Assembly: GCA_964430575.1 (NCBI GenBank)
Contig: CAYSFQ010000001.1
Location: 1 to 63,798, forward strand
Length of the DNA: 63,798 bases
DNA from: an uncultured Desulfobacteraceae bacterium
GTDB lineage: Bacteria; Desulfobacterota; DSM-4660; Desulfatiglandales; Desulfatiglandaceae
Direction: 5' to 3'
This document shows positions 48,095 through 59,343 of this stretch, in pieces. The first letter of the stretch is position 1. Every line of letters begins with the position of its first letter. Below the pieces are notes generated by a model. That model was given only the letters and a program-made list of their open reading frames with translations. It made no database searches and was not told where the DNA came from. A program made the position numbers and the translations under genes.

Positions 48095-48942
48095 ATTTCA
48101 CCAAAATCCATTTGGGAACCAAAACGCTCCTGACGGCTCTGGCGTTTCTCGCTTTTCAGTGCTGCTCACCTTTAACTATTAAGCCCCCCACTCCCGCCTT
48201 TGACAAAGAAAGCGTTATATCCCTTGTGTCTGACTTTAGAGCCCAGGAGGAAAAAGTAAAAACGCTTTTTTTCTCAGGCACACTGACCCTTAAGGACCAG
48301 GGTGCCGAAAATTCAGTCCAGATCCTGATGGTTGCGGATGCAACCCCTCGGGCAGGACCGAAATCCTGGCCAGACCCACAGGTCTGCCCCTATGGGCGGA
48401 TGAAAATTGAAATCACGCACTCCTGGGGGAAAACCCTCATTCACATGCTGATTGAGGGCCAACGACTTGATATCCTGGATTTTAATGAAAAGCGATTTTA
48501 CAGGAGCAGCTTGAAAAGCAAACGCCTGTCCGAGCGTATACCGGTTCCGTTCAACCATTGTTTGCTGTGGTCCCTTGCAAGGGCATTTCCAGCCCTGCTC
48601 AAGCACCGGGAAGCCGCATCCTTTGCGGGCAATCAAATCACCCTTTTGGACCCCGAAGGCGAAAAGGTCCAGGTTTTTGAACTCTATTCCAGTGAACCGC
48701 TTCCATACAAGGTATCTTTTTGTAAAGAAAGCGCAGTAATGGTCTTTTCTGATTTCGAAGACGAAGACGGCATCCTCTATGCGCGAAATGTGGATTTTCA
48801 TGGCCCTGACCAGAAGGTCGGTCTGGCAATCGAGATCGACCAAATGAGGTTTAACACCCCCCTTCCGGAAGCGGTATTTAGAATGGAAGTACCCCGCGAT
48901 TTCAAGACCGTCCATTTGAAGGACGACGATTCGGAGCATTAG
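48091..48942 (+). CDS. Hypothetical lipoprotein, possibly LolB/DUF4292-like
   Basis: Signal peptide with Cys; beta-rich; C-terminal N..L....F...P motif; overlaps the TPR gene stop. Confidence 0.65.
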   Translation: MNFTKIHLGTKTLLTALAFLAFQCCSPLTIKPPTPAFDKESVISLVSDFRAQEEKVKTLFFSGTLTLKDQGAENSVQILMVADATPRAGPKSWPDPQVCPYGRMKIEITHSWGKTLIHMLIEGQRLDILDFNEKRFYRSSLKSKRLSERIPVPFNHCLLWSLARAFPALLKHREAASFAGNQITLLDPEGEKVQVFELYSSEPLPYKVSFCKESAVMVFSDFEDEDGILYARNVDFHGPDQKVGLAIEIDQMRFNTPLPEAVFRMEVPRDFKTVHLKDDDSEH

Positions 48943-48944
48943 GT

Positions 48945-49856
48945 TTGGATATCTCATTTGTTATCGTCAACTGGAATACCAGAGACCTGCTGCTTCAATG
49001 TCTGAAGGCCATTTATCAAACGGCCGTACATATGGACTTTGAGGTCTGGTTGGTGGACAACGCTTCGACCGATGGAAGCGTTGCCGCCGCACAGAGGGCC
49101 TATCCAGAAATTCATATCATTGAAAACACCCGGAATCTGGGGTTTGCGGCCGCCAACAACCTGGCTTTTGCAAAAATGCGGGGCCGCTATGCCGTATTGA
49201 TCAATACCGATGCTCGGCTCAAGGCAGGCGCCATTAGAAGCCTTTTTGATTTTATGGAAGAGGTGCCGGACGCGTCAATGGCCTGCGGCCAATTGCTCAA
49301 TGAAGATGGTTCAAAGCAGAATTCCATTGCACCCTTTCCAACACTGTTTTCCCTGATTTCTAACGAGACCCTTCTGAGGCTTTTATTTCCTCAAAAATAC
49401 CCCAGCAAAAGAAAGCACTATACCGCTCCATTACCGGTGGATTCGTGTATCGGGGCTTGCATCATGGTTCGAAAAAGCGCCATGGATCGGGTGGGTTTTC
49501 TGGATGAACGGTATTTTTTCTTTATGGAGGAAACGGACTGGGCCTATCGTATGAAACTGGCGGGATGGAAAGTTTATTTTGTCCCTCGGGCTGAAATCTT
49601 CCATGCTCAGGGAAAAACCGTTGGCAGTGGGGTTTCTGCAAGGATCCTCTTTTATCGTTCCCGGTATCAGTTTTTTCAAAAATGGCACAAAAAAACCTAC
49701 CCCCTGGTTAGCCTGTTCGCCTTTTCCCGGTTATTGGTCAATAGCCTGTTGAACCTTTCAGGTGTGGTATTCACCCTGGGGTTAAACAGGCGATTCAGGG
49801 AAAAGCTGATGATTTACACAAAACTGGCGCTTTGGCACCTCAAAGGATGCCCTTGA
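48945..49856 (+). CDS. Glycosyltransferase family 2 (WbbL-like)
   Basis: IVNWN, VDNASTDGS, NLGFAAANN, INTD, EETDW. Confidence 0.92.
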   Translation: MDISFVIVNWNTRDLLLQCLKAIYQTAVHMDFEVWLVDNASTDGSVAAAQRAYPEIHIIENTRNLGFAAANNLAFAKMRGRYAVLINTDARLKAGAIRSLFDFMEEVPDASMACGQLLNEDGSKQNSIAPFPTLFSLISNETLLRLLFPQKYPSKRKHYTAPLPVDSCIGACIMVRKSAMDRVGFLDERYFFFMEETDWAYRMKLAGWKVYFVPRAEIFHAQGKTVGSGVSARILFYRSRYQFFQKWHKKTYPLVSLFAFSRLLVNSLLNLSGVVFTLGLNRRFREKLMIYTKLALWHLKGCP

Positions 49857-50978
49857 ATGAAAGAAATGGAAACTGCACGACTTTTGAAAGGAAATCCGAA
49901 ACTTCCGAAAGAAAACGGCCCCATTCTGGTCATACAGCTTGGGGATATTGGAGACGTGGTGTTGACCCTGCCCGCCATAGGGGCACTGGGGAGCGCTTTT
50001 CCAGAACGTTCTCTAGTCCTGTGCGTCAGGGAACATGCCAGGGAGTTGATAGAGGATTGCCCCTGGGTCCACCATGTATTGAGCGTCAACAAACAGAGAC
50101 GGAAGTTCAGAGCGGAAATGGCCCATCAGCTTCAGTTCTTGAGGACCCTTCGAGGATACCGATGCCATTTGGCCATCGAACTGCGGACGGGCACCCGCGG
50201 TGCAGTGATTGCGCTGCTTTCAGGGGCACAAACCCGAATCGCCCGCTATGCCAATGACGGAACCCTGTGGCGGAACCGCCTTTTTACCCATCTTGTAAGG
50301 CCCACCCGCGAAAACATTCAATACGCAGCCCAGCACAACTTGAATATCATGGCGCCTTTTGGACTCGTCGAAACAGACCCGAGACCGACCATTTCAGTCC
50401 CAGAGCGCCGTCGCAGAAAAGCAGAAGCCATTTTTCTAAAAGCACGAATTCCGCAGGATAGGCCCCTGGTGGCGGTCCATCCATTTTCACTCTGGAAATA
50501 CAAGGAATGGCGGCTTTCTGAAATGGCTGCCCTGCTGGATCGGATCCAGTCTGAATACAATTGCAATCTTGTGATTACCGGCGCCCCCGATGAAAGGAAA
50601 CGGGCCAAAGATCTTATTGGCATATGTAACCGAAAGCCCTATAATCTGGCTGGCAAAACGTCCATTGGCGAACTTCCTGCCGTCTTTGAGGCGTGCAGTC
50701 TCTTTATCGGTGTGGATACGGCTGCCCTGCACATTGCCGCGGCCGTGGGGATTCCCACCGTGGGCATATTCGGTCCGTCGTCATGGACAAACTGGGCCCC
50801 AAGGGGGCGTGCCCACCTCGTGGTTGAAAAAGGCCTGCCCTGCCAGCCCTGCAGTCAAAAAGGTTGCGACGGTTCTGAAAAGAGCCGTTGTCTGACGGAA
50901 TTGACGGCGCAGGAAATCCATACAATGATGGAGGGGATTTTGGATACAACCCTTGTCAGAAAGCCTGAAGTGCATTGA
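49857..50978 (+). CDS. Glycosyltransferase family 9 (LPS heptosyltransferase-like)
   Basis: IGDVVL..P, KEW, DTAALHIAAAVG.PTV.IFG, C.PC...C. Confidence 0.92.
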   Translation: MKEMETARLLKGNPKLPKENGPILVIQLGDIGDVVLTLPAIGALGSAFPERSLVLCVREHARELIEDCPWVHHVLSVNKQRRKFRAEMAHQLQFLRTLRGYRCHLAIELRTGTRGAVIALLSGAQTRIARYANDGTLWRNRLFTHLVRPTRENIQYAAQHNLNIMAPFGLVETDPRPTISVPERRRRKAEAIFLKARIPQDRPLVAVHPFSLWKYKEWRLSEMAALLDRIQSEYNCNLVITGAPDERKRAKDLIGICNRKPYNLAGKTSIGELPAVFEACSLFIGVDTAALHIAAAVGIPTVGIFGPSSWTNWAPRGRAHLVVEKGLPCQPCSQKGCDGSEKSRCLTELTAQEIHTMMEGILDTTLVRKPEVH

Positions 50979-50998
50979 ATTGGAGACAGACGAATCAA

Positions 50999-52813
50999 AT
51001 GTTGAAAGAGACCGTTAACAGCGCCGGGGAAAAAACCTTTTTCGGTAAAAAAAGCAGCATTGTTTTGTCTACCATAGGCGTACTGGCAATGGCCCTGCTC
51101 CTGTATTTTTCTGCTCTCGACAGCTACCCGCTGCTAGATCCTGATGAAGGGCGTTACGCTGAAATTCCCCGCGAAATGCTGGAAAGTGGAGATTTCATAA
51201 CCCCCCGGCTTAATTATGTGGAATACTTTGAAAAGCCCCCTCTTTTCTATTGGCTCACCGCGGGGAGCATGGCGCTTTTTGGCCAGAAAGAGTGGGCTGT
51301 TCGTCTGGTGCCGGCTGTGGCGGGGTTTTTGACCCTTCTGTTGATTATGGGATTGGGTAAAAAAATCTTTAATGGGCCAACCGGCGTCATGGCAGCCTGG
51401 ATCTATCTCACCAGTGTGATTCCGGCCATTATGGCGAGGCTGCCTATTATCGACGGGGTTTTCAGCCTGTTTTTGACCGCCACCTGGGGGACCTGGTGGT
51501 TGGGCTACAAAGGGTATACAAAACAAGCGAGGAGGTTTTGGTATTGTATTTCCTGGGCCTGTCTCGGTCTGGCGGTCATGACCAAGGGCATTGCGGCCAT
51601 TGCACTGACGGGATTGATTGCAGGTGGTTTTATCCTCTGCCGCCGAGACTGGCGGGCATTGTTATCCTTTGAATGGGTGCCGGGACTTTTGATCTTCGCC
51701 GTCATAGTGGTTCCCTGGCATTGGGCCGTGAGCTCCGAGAATCCTGGATTTTTTCATTTCTACATTGTGGTGCAGCATTTTGCCCGTTTGGTGAGCTCTG
51801 AACATGCCAAACCCTTCTGGTTTTTTATGGCGATCTTCCCTTTCGGTATGCTGTTGTGGGTGGCGTTTTTTTTCCCAGCTGCCGCAAAATCCTTCCAAAA
51901 AGCGTTCAAGGCTGTCCGAGCACCCCGAGGATACGGGGGGCAGGGAGAGGCCATTCTCTTCCTGACCATCTGGGTCATTGCGGTGATCGGCTTGTTCAGC
52001 CTGAGCACATGCAAGCTTGTTCCCTATATTCTGCCCGCGTATCCGGCCATGGCGCTTTTGATGGCACATTTTGTGAGTGGCCGGGCGATTATGAACCGGT
52101 CGGTCCGTTGGAGTGCCGCCATTCTGGCCATCCTGCTTCTGGTGTGTGCCGGGGTCCTGATGCCACTGGCCATGCGGCAGGACACGCTGTCCATGGTTGA
52201 ACTGGTGCCGGCCATTCGAGTGGGACAGGCGGGCCTTATTTTAGGCGGCGGCTTTCTGCTGGTCTCTCTTTTTAAACGCCGTCTGGTCCCCTTTGCCACC
52301 GGTTTTGCCATGGTGCTGCTTTTTCCCGCCATGCTTATGGTTGTACCCTCAGTGGCCAAATACCGCAAAGTCGGCGGGTTCATCAAAGCCATGCCAAGGC
52401 CATTGCCCAAAGAAATCAGGATTGCCGAATGGCGCAATTATGATCAAGCCTTGAGCTTTTACAGTGGCAGAAGGACCATTCTGGTGGATGAGGTCGGTGA
52501 GCTGACATACGGCAGTGCCTTGGGAAACCACGAGGATTATTTCTTAACGGGTGAAGAAAGCCTTAAGCGTCTCGCCATTGATGTCCCCCTGCTGGTGAAT
52601 ATCCGTCCCAGTCACTGGCCAAGAGTTCGAAAATGGAAAACCCTTAAGCCTGTTGCCGCCAACACCACCAATGTAATGTTGGGTAACAAGGCGTTTTTTC
52701 GTCTGACCGGCCTTGAGCCATGGCCTGATTCGGCCATTACACCGCCGCCCCTGCTGCTGATGCCCCGGCATCGGGAGAAGGAAAAATCCAATCGTAGTCA
52801 TCAAAACCAATGA
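50999..52813 (+). CDS. ArnT-family lipid A glycosyltransferase (GT83/PMT_2)
   Basis: DPDEGRYAEIPREMLESGD, YFEKPPLFYW, MTKG, K...YILP; many TMs. Start 50999 (alternative 50975). Confidence 0.88.
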   Translation: MLKETVNSAGEKTFFGKKSSIVLSTIGVLAMALLLYFSALDSYPLLDPDEGRYAEIPREMLESGDFITPRLNYVEYFEKPPLFYWLTAGSMALFGQKEWAVRLVPAVAGFLTLLLIMGLGKKIFNGPTGVMAAWIYLTSVIPAIMARLPIIDGVFSLFLTATWGTWWLGYKGYTKQARRFWYCISWACLGLAVMTKGIAAIALTGLIAGGFILCRRDWRALLSFEWVPGLLIFAVIVVPWHWAVSSENPGFFHFYIVVQHFARLVSSEHAKPFWFFMAIFPFGMLLWVAFFFPAAAKSFQKAFKAVRAPRGYGGQGEAILFLTIWVIAVIGLFSLSTCKLVPYILPAYPAMALLMAHFVSGRAIMNRSVRWSAAILAILLLVCAGVLMPLAMRQDTLSMVELVPAIRVGQAGLILGGGFLLVSLFKRRLVPFATGFAMVLLFPAMLMVVPSVAKYRKVGGFIKAMPRPLPKEIRIAEWRNYDQALSFYSGRRTILVDEVGELTYGSALGNHEDYFLTGEESLKRLAIDVPLLVNIRPSHWPRVRKWKTLKPVAANTTNVMLGNKAFFRLTGLEPWPDSAITPPPLLLMPRHREKEKSNRSHQNQ

Positions 52814-53886
52814 ATGTTTTAACCCGATATCTCCTCAAAGAATTTTTCAAGCTGCTCATAGTTTGCCAGCTTGTTTTCATCGCGCTGTACCTGATGATTG
52901 ATTTTGCCAGTGGAATAGATGATTTCATCAAAGCCAATGCGCCAAAGAGCGTCATGTTTACCTATTTTGCTTTTAAAATTCCGGCCATTGCAAGCCAGAT
53001 GCTGCCGCCCGCCACACTGACCACGGTCATTATTCTGTTCAGCCTCATGAAAAGGAACAACGAGGTGGTCGCTTTGAAGGCCAGCGGTGTCAATGTCTGG
53101 CAGATCGCACAACCGCTCGTTTTGCTTGCGGCATTTTTCTCCATAGCCCTGTTTCTATTTTCCGAAACCATCGTTCCCTATGCCAGTTCCCGGTGTAATG
53201 AAATATGGCGGATTGAAGTCAAAAAGGAGCATCCCGGCCGATTCCACGGGCAAAACCATATCTGGTACAAGGGCAAGGATTGCATCTACTTCATCAGGCA
53301 GTTTGACAACCGGAAAATGATGATGGTGGACCCCACTTTCTATTTCTTTGATGACAAGTTCAAAATTACCAAGAGGATCGATGGACGTTCAGGGATCTGG
53401 AAGAACAACACCTGGCAGGTTCAAAATGGTATTGTTCAAAACCGTGAGAAGAATGGGGGTTACAATCTTCACAAATTTGAACATCTGGACGTAAATCTCG
53501 GTGAAAATCCCGAGGATTTTGTGCGGGAAAACATAGAGCCTGAAGAGATGGGGTATGTCCAACTCAAACGATTTGCTCAACGGCTTAAACTGGAAGGGTA
53601 TGACGCCACCCGGTATTTTGTGGAGCTGAACATCAAGATCGCCTTTCCCTTTATTGTTTTCATCATGGCGCTCATCGGTATCCCCATTGCCCTCTGGAAA
53701 AAGGGGATGGGGCCACCCGTGGCTGTTTCAATCGGCATCTCACTCTGTTTTGTTTATCTGCTCATCCTGGGACTTTCCCGGACCTTGGGGTTTGCCGGTA
53801 TTCTGCCACCGGTTTTCTCGGCGTGGCTGGCCAACAGCATATTCCTCTTTTTGGGCGTCTATCTGATGATTCATGCCAATCGCTGA
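52810..53886 (+). CDS. lptG: LPS export ABC transporter permease LptG
   Basis: L.RY...EF, NNEVVALKASG, periplasmic beta domain, AWLAN C-terminus. Confidence 0.85.
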   Translation: MNVLTRYLLKEFFKLLIVCQLVFIALYLMIDFASGIDDFIKANAPKSVMFTYFAFKIPAIASQMLPPATLTTVIILFSLMKRNNEVVALKASGVNVWQIAQPLVLLAAFFSIALFLFSETIVPYASSRCNEIWRIEVKKEHPGRFHGQNHIWYKGKDCIYFIRQFDNRKMMMVDPTFYFFDDKFKITKRIDGRSGIWKNNTWQVQNGIVQNREKNGGYNLHKFEHLDVNLGENPEDFVRENIEPEEMGYVQLKRFAQRLKLEGYDATRYFVELNIKIAFPFIVFIMALIGIPIALWKKGMGPPVAVSIGISLCFVYLLILGLSRTLGFAGILPPVFSAWLANSIFLFLGVYLMIHANR

Positions 53887-54039
53887 TCAACCCAATCTCG
53901 CATTTTGGAGGAAATCAAAGAATCCGGTCCAAGGCCTGTAATCAGGGCGCAGGAAAGGGAGTCCACAAATCGATTTTCCCTCTTTTTTCATATAAAAAAC
54001 AGACCCTTTTTTGCCATGGAAAAGTTCAATGAGCTCAAC

Positions 54040-54101
54040 TTGACAAAGCTTTTTCCGATGCTTAACGTATCGCCATTGTTGAAAATGAGAAACAATTTCA
54101 T
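54040..54101 (+). promoter_or_regulatory. Sigma70-type promoter of grpE-dnaK followed by a Fur-box-like site
   Basis: TTGACA (54040-54045)-N17-TAACGT (54063-54068). GAAAATGAGAAACAATTTC (54081-54099) matches 14/19 of GATAATGATAATCATTATC. Confidence 0.5.
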
Positions 54102-54125
54102 TTATGGTTTTTGCAGGAGTGAAAT

Positions 54126-54722
54126 GTGGCCAGGATTGACGTCATGGATGAAAAAAAACCAACTGAAGATTTACCGGAAGAAATAGACGGTGAAGAGGCT
54201 TTAAGCCCGGAAGATGAATCCCAAAATGAAGAGGAAATCCCTTTAAGGGAAATGACGAAAGATCAGTTAATTGAAAAAATCTCGGAAGCGCAGGCATCGG
54301 CTGATACAAATATGGACAACTATCTCCGTTCACAGGCGGAGATGGAAAACATGAAAAAGCGGTTTCAGAAAGACAAACAGGACCTGATCAAATATGGAAA
54401 CGAAACTTTGACCAAGCAGTTGCTACCTGTTGCGGACAACCTGGAAAAGGCTTTGGATCACTCCAAGGACGAAAATCCCCTTGAAGCCTTGCGTGATGGA
54501 GTTGACCTAACACTGAAAGGACTGATGAACGTCCTGGAAAAGGCTGGCGTGGAAGTGGTCGAAGCAGTTGGTGTGCCATTCGACCCCAATTTTCACGAAG
54601 CCGTTTCTGAACAGGAGGACGATCGGGCGGGCCCCGGAACGGTGCTCAAAGAGCTTCAAAAAGGATACTTATTGAACCAGAGGCTTATCAGGCCGGCAAT
54701 GGTGATTGTTAACAAGAAATAA
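54126..54722 (+). CDS. grpE: Nucleotide exchange factor GrpE
   Basis: AEMENMKKR, LLPVADNLEKAL, FDPNFHEAV, KGY....RLIRPAMV. Confidence 0.97.
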   Translation: MARIDVMDEKKPTEDLPEEIDGEEALSPEDESQNEEEIPLREMTKDQLIEKISEAQASADTNMDNYLRSQAEMENMKKRFQKDKQDLIKYGNETLTKQLLPVADNLEKALDHSKDENPLEALRDGVDLTLKGLMNVLEKAGVEVVEAVGVPFDPNFHEAVSEQEDDRAGPGTVLKELQKGYLLNQRLIRPAMVIVNKK

Positions 54723-54744
54723 AAAAGACTTAGGAGACAAGTAA

Positions 54745-56667
54745 ATGGGAAAAACGATAGGAATTGATCTCGGGACAACCAACTCGTGCGTAGCTGTGAT
54801 GGAAGGCGGGGATCCCGTTGTGATCGCCAATGCCGAAGGAAGCCGGACAACACCTTCTATTGTGGGTTTTACCGAAGGTGGAGAGAGATTGGTGGGGCAG
54901 ACCGCCAAAAGGCAGGCCGTGACCAACCCGGAAAATACGGTTTTTGCGGTTAAACGACTGATTGGTAGAAAATACGACTCCCCGGAGGTCAGCAATGACA
55001 TCAAAGTTCTCCCCTACACCATCACCAAAGCGTCCAACGGTGATGCCCATTTGAGCATCCGGGGAAAAGATTACAGTCCCGCTGAAATATCCGCCATTAT
55101 CCTTAAAAAGATGAAAGAAACCGCTGAAAGTTACCTGGGCGAAACAGTGACCGACGCGGTTATTACTGTTCCTGCCTATTTTAATGACAGCCAGCGACAG
55201 GCCACAAAAGATGCCGGACGGATTGCGGGATTGAATGTTGAGAGGATTATCAATGAGCCCACGGCGGCTTCTCTGGCCTTTGGCATGGAAAAAAAGGGTG
55301 ATCGAAAGATTGCGGTTTTTGATCTGGGCGGCGGCACCTTCGACATCTCCGTTCTGGAAATCGGGGAAGGGGTCTTCGAGGTCAAATCCACCAATGGCGA
55401 CACCCATCTGGGCGGTGAAGATTTTGATTTGAGAATTATTGATTACCTGGCGGATGAATTCAAAAAGGACCAGGGCATTGACCTGCGAAGCGACAAAATG
55501 GCACTTCAACGATTGAAAGAGGGTGCTGAAAAAGCGAAGACAGAACTCTCCGGTGCCATGGAAACCGATGTGAACCTTCCCTTCATCACGGCTGATGCAA
55601 GCGGCCCCAAGCACCTGAATATCAAACTGACTCGTGCCAAACTGGAAGGGCTGGTGGACGACCTCATTGAAAAAGTGGTGGGACCCTGCCGGATGGCCAT
55701 GAAAGATGCGGGACTTTCCGCCAGCGATATTAATGATGTTATCCTGGTGGGCGGCATGACACGAATGCCCAAGGTCCAGGCTAAAGTTGCTGAAATCTTC
55801 GGCAAAGAGCCCAACAAGGGGGTAAATCCCGATGAAGTGGTTGCAATAGGTGCGGGCATTCAGGGTGGTGTATTGAAAGGCGAGGTCAAAGACGTTCTAC
55901 TTCTGGATGTGACGCCCCTGTCTCTGGGAATTGAAACCTTGGGGGGTGTTTTCACCAAACTGATCGAAAAAAACACAACGATTCCCACCAAAAAGAGCCA
56001 GACTTTCAGCACGGCGGCGGACAGCCAGCCCGCGGTGGAAATCCATGTTCTTCAAGGGGAACGGGAAATGGCCGCGTACAACAAAACCCTGGGACGTTTT
56101 CAGCTTGTGGGAATCCCCCCCGCCCCCAGAGGCGTTCCTCAGATTGAAGTGACCTTTGATATCGACGCAAACGGTATCGTGAGTGTTTCCGCTAAAGATC
56201 TCGGAACGGGCAAAGAACAATCCATCAAAATCACCGCTTCGAGCGGATTGAGCGAAGAAGAGATCGAAAATCTGGTTAAAGATGCCGAGCTGCATGCTGA
56301 GGAAGATAAGAAAAAACGCGACCTCATCGATGCGCGGAATATGGCCGATTCACTAATCTATTCCACGGAAAAATCAGTCAAGGAAGTGGGAGACAAACTG
56401 GATGACGACACCAAGTCGAATATCGAGCAGGCCATCGAAAAGTTGAAAAAATCCATTGAAGGAGAAGATACCGAAGAGATCAAAAAGCTTACGGAAGAAT
56501 TGACCCAGGCATCCCATAAGCTGGCCGAAACCATCTATGCCAACGCGAATCAGGAGCAGGCGCAGGCCCAGGGGCAACCGGGTCCGGAATCTGATGCGGA
56601 TGCCGCCAAGGGTGGTGTGGTGGATGATGATGTGGTAGATGCTGATTTTGAGGAAGTAAAGAAGTGA
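54745..56667 (+). CDS. dnaK: Molecular chaperone DnaK
   Basis: [33 protein letters not shown]. Confidence 0.99.
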   Translation: MGKTIGIDLGTTNSCVAVMEGGDPVVIANAEGSRTTPSIVGFTEGGERLVGQTAKRQAVTNPENTVFAVKRLIGRKYDSPEVSNDIKVLPYTITKASNGDAHLSIRGKDYSPAEISAIILKKMKETAESYLGETVTDAVITVPAYFNDSQRQATKDAGRIAGLNVERIINEPTAASLAFGMEKKGDRKIAVFDLGGGTFDISVLEIGEGVFEVKSTNGDTHLGGEDFDLRIIDYLADEFKKDQGIDLRSDKMALQRLKEGAEKAKTELSGAMETDVNLPFITADASGPKHLNIKLTRAKLEGLVDDLIEKVVGPCRMAMKDAGLSASDINDVILVGGMTRMPKVQAKVAEIFGKEPNKGVNPDEVVAIGAGIQGGVLKGEVKDVLLLDVTPLSLGIETLGGVFTKLIEKNTTIPTKKSQTFSTAADSQPAVEIHVLQGEREMAAYNKTLGRFQLVGIPPAPRGVPQIEVTFDIDANGIVSVSAKDLGTGKEQSIKITASSGLSEEEIENLVKDAELHAEEDKKKRDLIDARNMADSLIYSTEKSVKEVGDKLDDDTKSNIEQAIEKLKKSIEGEDTEEIKKLTEELTQASHKLAETIYANANQEQAQAQGQPGPESDADAAKGGVVDDDVVDADFEEVKK

Positions 56668-58559
56668 TCATTCGCTTTATCTTTTTAGAGAGGGCCGTTC
56701 CTGTCTTGCTGGCAGGGATGGCCCTTTTTTTATTTGCCTGCCAGCCCAAAAGATCCGTTCCCCAAAAAGTGACAGAAACTCGCTCGGACCTCTTTGTTAT
56801 TGCTGAAAAATACCAACAAAGCGGTGACCTTCAGCAAGCGTTGACCAGCTACCAGGTCTTTCTGAAACGGGTGCGGAAGGACGAACGGATCCCCCTGGCC
56901 CTCCAACGCATGGCAGAAATCCATTTAAAGCTCAAAAACCCGGAAAAGGCCCTCTCCTCCCTGGAAAAGCTCTCAAAGGCATATCCCGATTACACCTGGA
57001 TGCCCGAAGTCCGATACCAGATTTCGGTGATTCTCAACGGCTTGGGAAAATATGAAGCCTCCGCCAACAACGCTATCCGTTGGCTTGATCAATATCAACA
57101 GCACTTCCTTAAAAATGATGTCCTTGTTTTATTGGGGAAAGATTTCTGTGCAATGGGAAAAACGGAAGAAGCGTTCTTCTGTTGGGTCGAGGCCAAAAAA
57201 GCGTGGAAGGATGACCCGGAAAATGAAATTGAGTTGGATGAAAAGCTGAAAACCCTGATTATCACGAGCAATTCGATGCTTCTTTCGCGTCTTCTTGAAA
57301 GTGAACGGGAGACGTTCTACCCTCCCGAAATATATCATCAAATGAGCCTGGTTTTTCTGTCCCAAAATGAACCGGGTCAGGCAGAAAAAGCAGTTCGCAC
57401 CCTTATGGAGTCCACCCGGGATCCCCATTGGGCTTCCACGGGAGAAGACATCCTGGCAAAGATCGAAAAAGAAATGGCCATCTGTGAAAACTGCATCGGC
57501 TGTCTGCTCCCTTTAAGCGGCCCCTTTGCCGCCTATGGTCAGGAAGTCCTCAATGGCATAACATTGGGAATGGTGAGCGCTCCCCTGGATGGGGCAAAAA
57601 TAGAGGTCATCATCAGGGACACGGCGGGAAAGACGGAAAAAGCCCTGGATGAACTTGAAGCATTGGTTAACACACGGAAAGTCGTGGGTGTTATCGGCCC
57701 TCTTTCCAGTAAAACAGCCGCTTTTATTTCCGAAAAAGCCCAGGAACTGGGTGTTCCAATGATCGCCTTGACCCAGCGAAGGGACATTGTGAAAACGGGT
57801 GATATGGTATTTCGAAATTTTCTCACTCCGGCGCAGGAAATCGATTCGCTTCTTCAAGTGGCTATGGGTCAATTAGGGTTGGAGCGTTTCGGTATTTTAT
57901 ACCCGGACAACGCCTATGGACGCTTTTGCATGAACCTCTTTTGGGACAAACTGGACGAAATGGGTGGCAGTGTAACCGCTGTGGAATCTTATCCCATAGA
58001 TGTAACGGACTTTGCAGATCAAATAAAGAAGATGGTGGGGCTTTACAACAAAAGAAAAACCACGGGAGACGAAGAAGCCCCTCCCCTGATCGACTTTGAT
58101 GCAGTTTTTATTCCCGACACCTACCAACGGGTGGCCATGATCGCACCGCAACTGGTATTTCATGATGTTCTGGGTGTTCGGTTGATCGGCACCAGACTAT
58201 GGCATTCCCCCAAATTATTGGAAATGGCCAGGAATTACCTTCAGGGCGCTGTCTTCTCTTCAGGGTTTGTGACGGAATCCGAAAACCCGAGGGTCATGGA
58301 TTTTGTAACAGATTACAAAAACAACTTTGGCACAATTCCGGGAATCCTGGCGGCCAACGGCTATGATACAATTTGCCTACTGAAAACAATCTTTGCTGAA
58401 AACGACCCTAAAACACGGGATAATTTACGGCAAGCCCTGCTTGATGTGCCGGTTTTTGACGGTGTGACAGGACCTTTCAGCTTTGATGCCGATGGAGAAG
58501 CCTTGAAAGCGCCATTACTCCTGACTATTTCCGGAAGCAGGACGATTCCTATTTATTAA
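56664..58559 (+). CDS. LppC/LpoA-like lipoprotein (TPR + periplasmic-binding-protein fold)
   Basis: Lipobox LFAC, TPR region, [31 protein letters not shown]. Confidence 0.85.
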   Translation: MIIRFIFLERAVPVLLAGMALFLFACQPKRSVPQKVTETRSDLFVIAEKYQQSGDLQQALTSYQVFLKRVRKDERIPLALQRMAEIHLKLKNPEKALSSLEKLSKAYPDYTWMPEVRYQISVILNGLGKYEASANNAIRWLDQYQQHFLKNDVLVLLGKDFCAMGKTEEAFFCWVEAKKAWKDDPENEIELDEKLKTLIITSNSMLLSRLLESERETFYPPEIYHQMSLVFLSQNEPGQAEKAVRTLMESTRDPHWASTGEDILAKIEKEMAICENCIGCLLPLSGPFAAYGQEVLNGITLGMVSAPLDGAKIEVIIRDTAGKTEKALDELEALVNTRKVVGVIGPLSSKTAAFISEKAQELGVPMIALTQRRDIVKTGDMVFRNFLTPAQEIDSLLQVAMGQLGLERFGILYPDNAYGRFCMNLFWDKLDEMGGSVTAVESYPIDVTDFADQIKKMVGLYNKRKTTGDEEAPPLIDFDAVFIPDTYQRVAMIAPQLVFHDVLGVRLIGTRLWHSPKLLEMARNYLQGAVFSSGFVTESENPRVMDFVTDYKNNFGTIPGILAANGYDTICLLKTIFAENDPKTRDNLRQALLDVPVFDGVTGPFSFDADGEALKAPLLLTISGSRTIPIY

Positions 58560-59343
58560 CGTCCTCCTGATCATCAGTCGCCTCACTTTCCTCATCATCC
58601 TCCGCGTCTTTTTTCTTTTTTTCTCTTGATTTCCAGGCAATCTGTGCGACCAGAATGCCGATTTCGTAAAGAATGATCAGGGGTCCCGCCATCATGCATT
58701 GGGTTACAACGTCCGGCGGGGTGAGGACCGCTGCCAGAACGAACGTCATCAGAATTGCGTATTTGCGCTTTTTCCTGAGCAACTGGGGTGTTACCACGCC
58801 CATTTTTGCCAGGAAAAAAATAACCACGGGAAGCTCAAAAACCACCCCGAAAGCAAAAAGAAGCTTGATGGCAAAGGAAAAATACTGTTTTACCGAGGGC
58901 AACGCTTTTGCATATTCGTTTGAAAACCCGACAAAGAATTTGAAACCAAACGGAAAAACAACGAAATAACCAAAAAGGGATCCCCCCACAAACAAAAGGG
59001 TGGAAACTATCACGAAAGGGATGACATATTTTCTTTCTTTCTTGTAAAGCCCGGGGGCGATAAACATCCATAGCTGGTAGAAAATGTATGGCGCCACCAG
59101 CATGATACCCGCCAGGAGAGAAACTTTTAAGTAGGTGAAAAACATCTCAGGAAGGTTGGTGAAAATGAGATGATCTCCTTCGGGCATCACTGCCTGCAGG
59201 GGTGCCACCAGCAGACCGAAAAGTTTTTCTGCAAAGGCGTATGACGCCGCGAAACCAATCCCCACCGCGATGGCGGAGGCGATGAGTCGTTTCCTCAGTT
59301 CCTCCAAATGGCCGATAAATGGTTGTTTGTCTTCGCTATCCAT
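58549..59343 (-). CDS. tatC: Sec-independent protein translocase TatC
   Basis: [33 protein letters not shown]. Confidence 0.97.
   Translation of the reverse strand: MDSEDKQPFIGHLEELRKRLIASAIAVGIGFAASYAFAEKLFGLLVAPLQAVMPEGDHLIFTNLPEMFFTYLKVSLLAGIMLVAPYIFYQLWMFIAPGLYKKERKYVIPFVIVSTLLFVGGSLFGYFVVFPFGFKFFVGFSNEYAKALPSVKQYFSFAIKLLFAFGVVFELPVVIFFLAKMGVVTPQLLRKKRKYAILMTFVLAAVLTPPDVVTQCMMAGPLIILYEIGILVAQIAWKSREKKKKDAEDDEESEATDDQEDVNK

Noticed and set aside
54730-55614. 294-aa ORF antisense to dnaK
   Set aside because: Long antisense frames are a well-known by-product of dnaK/hsp70 codon usage.
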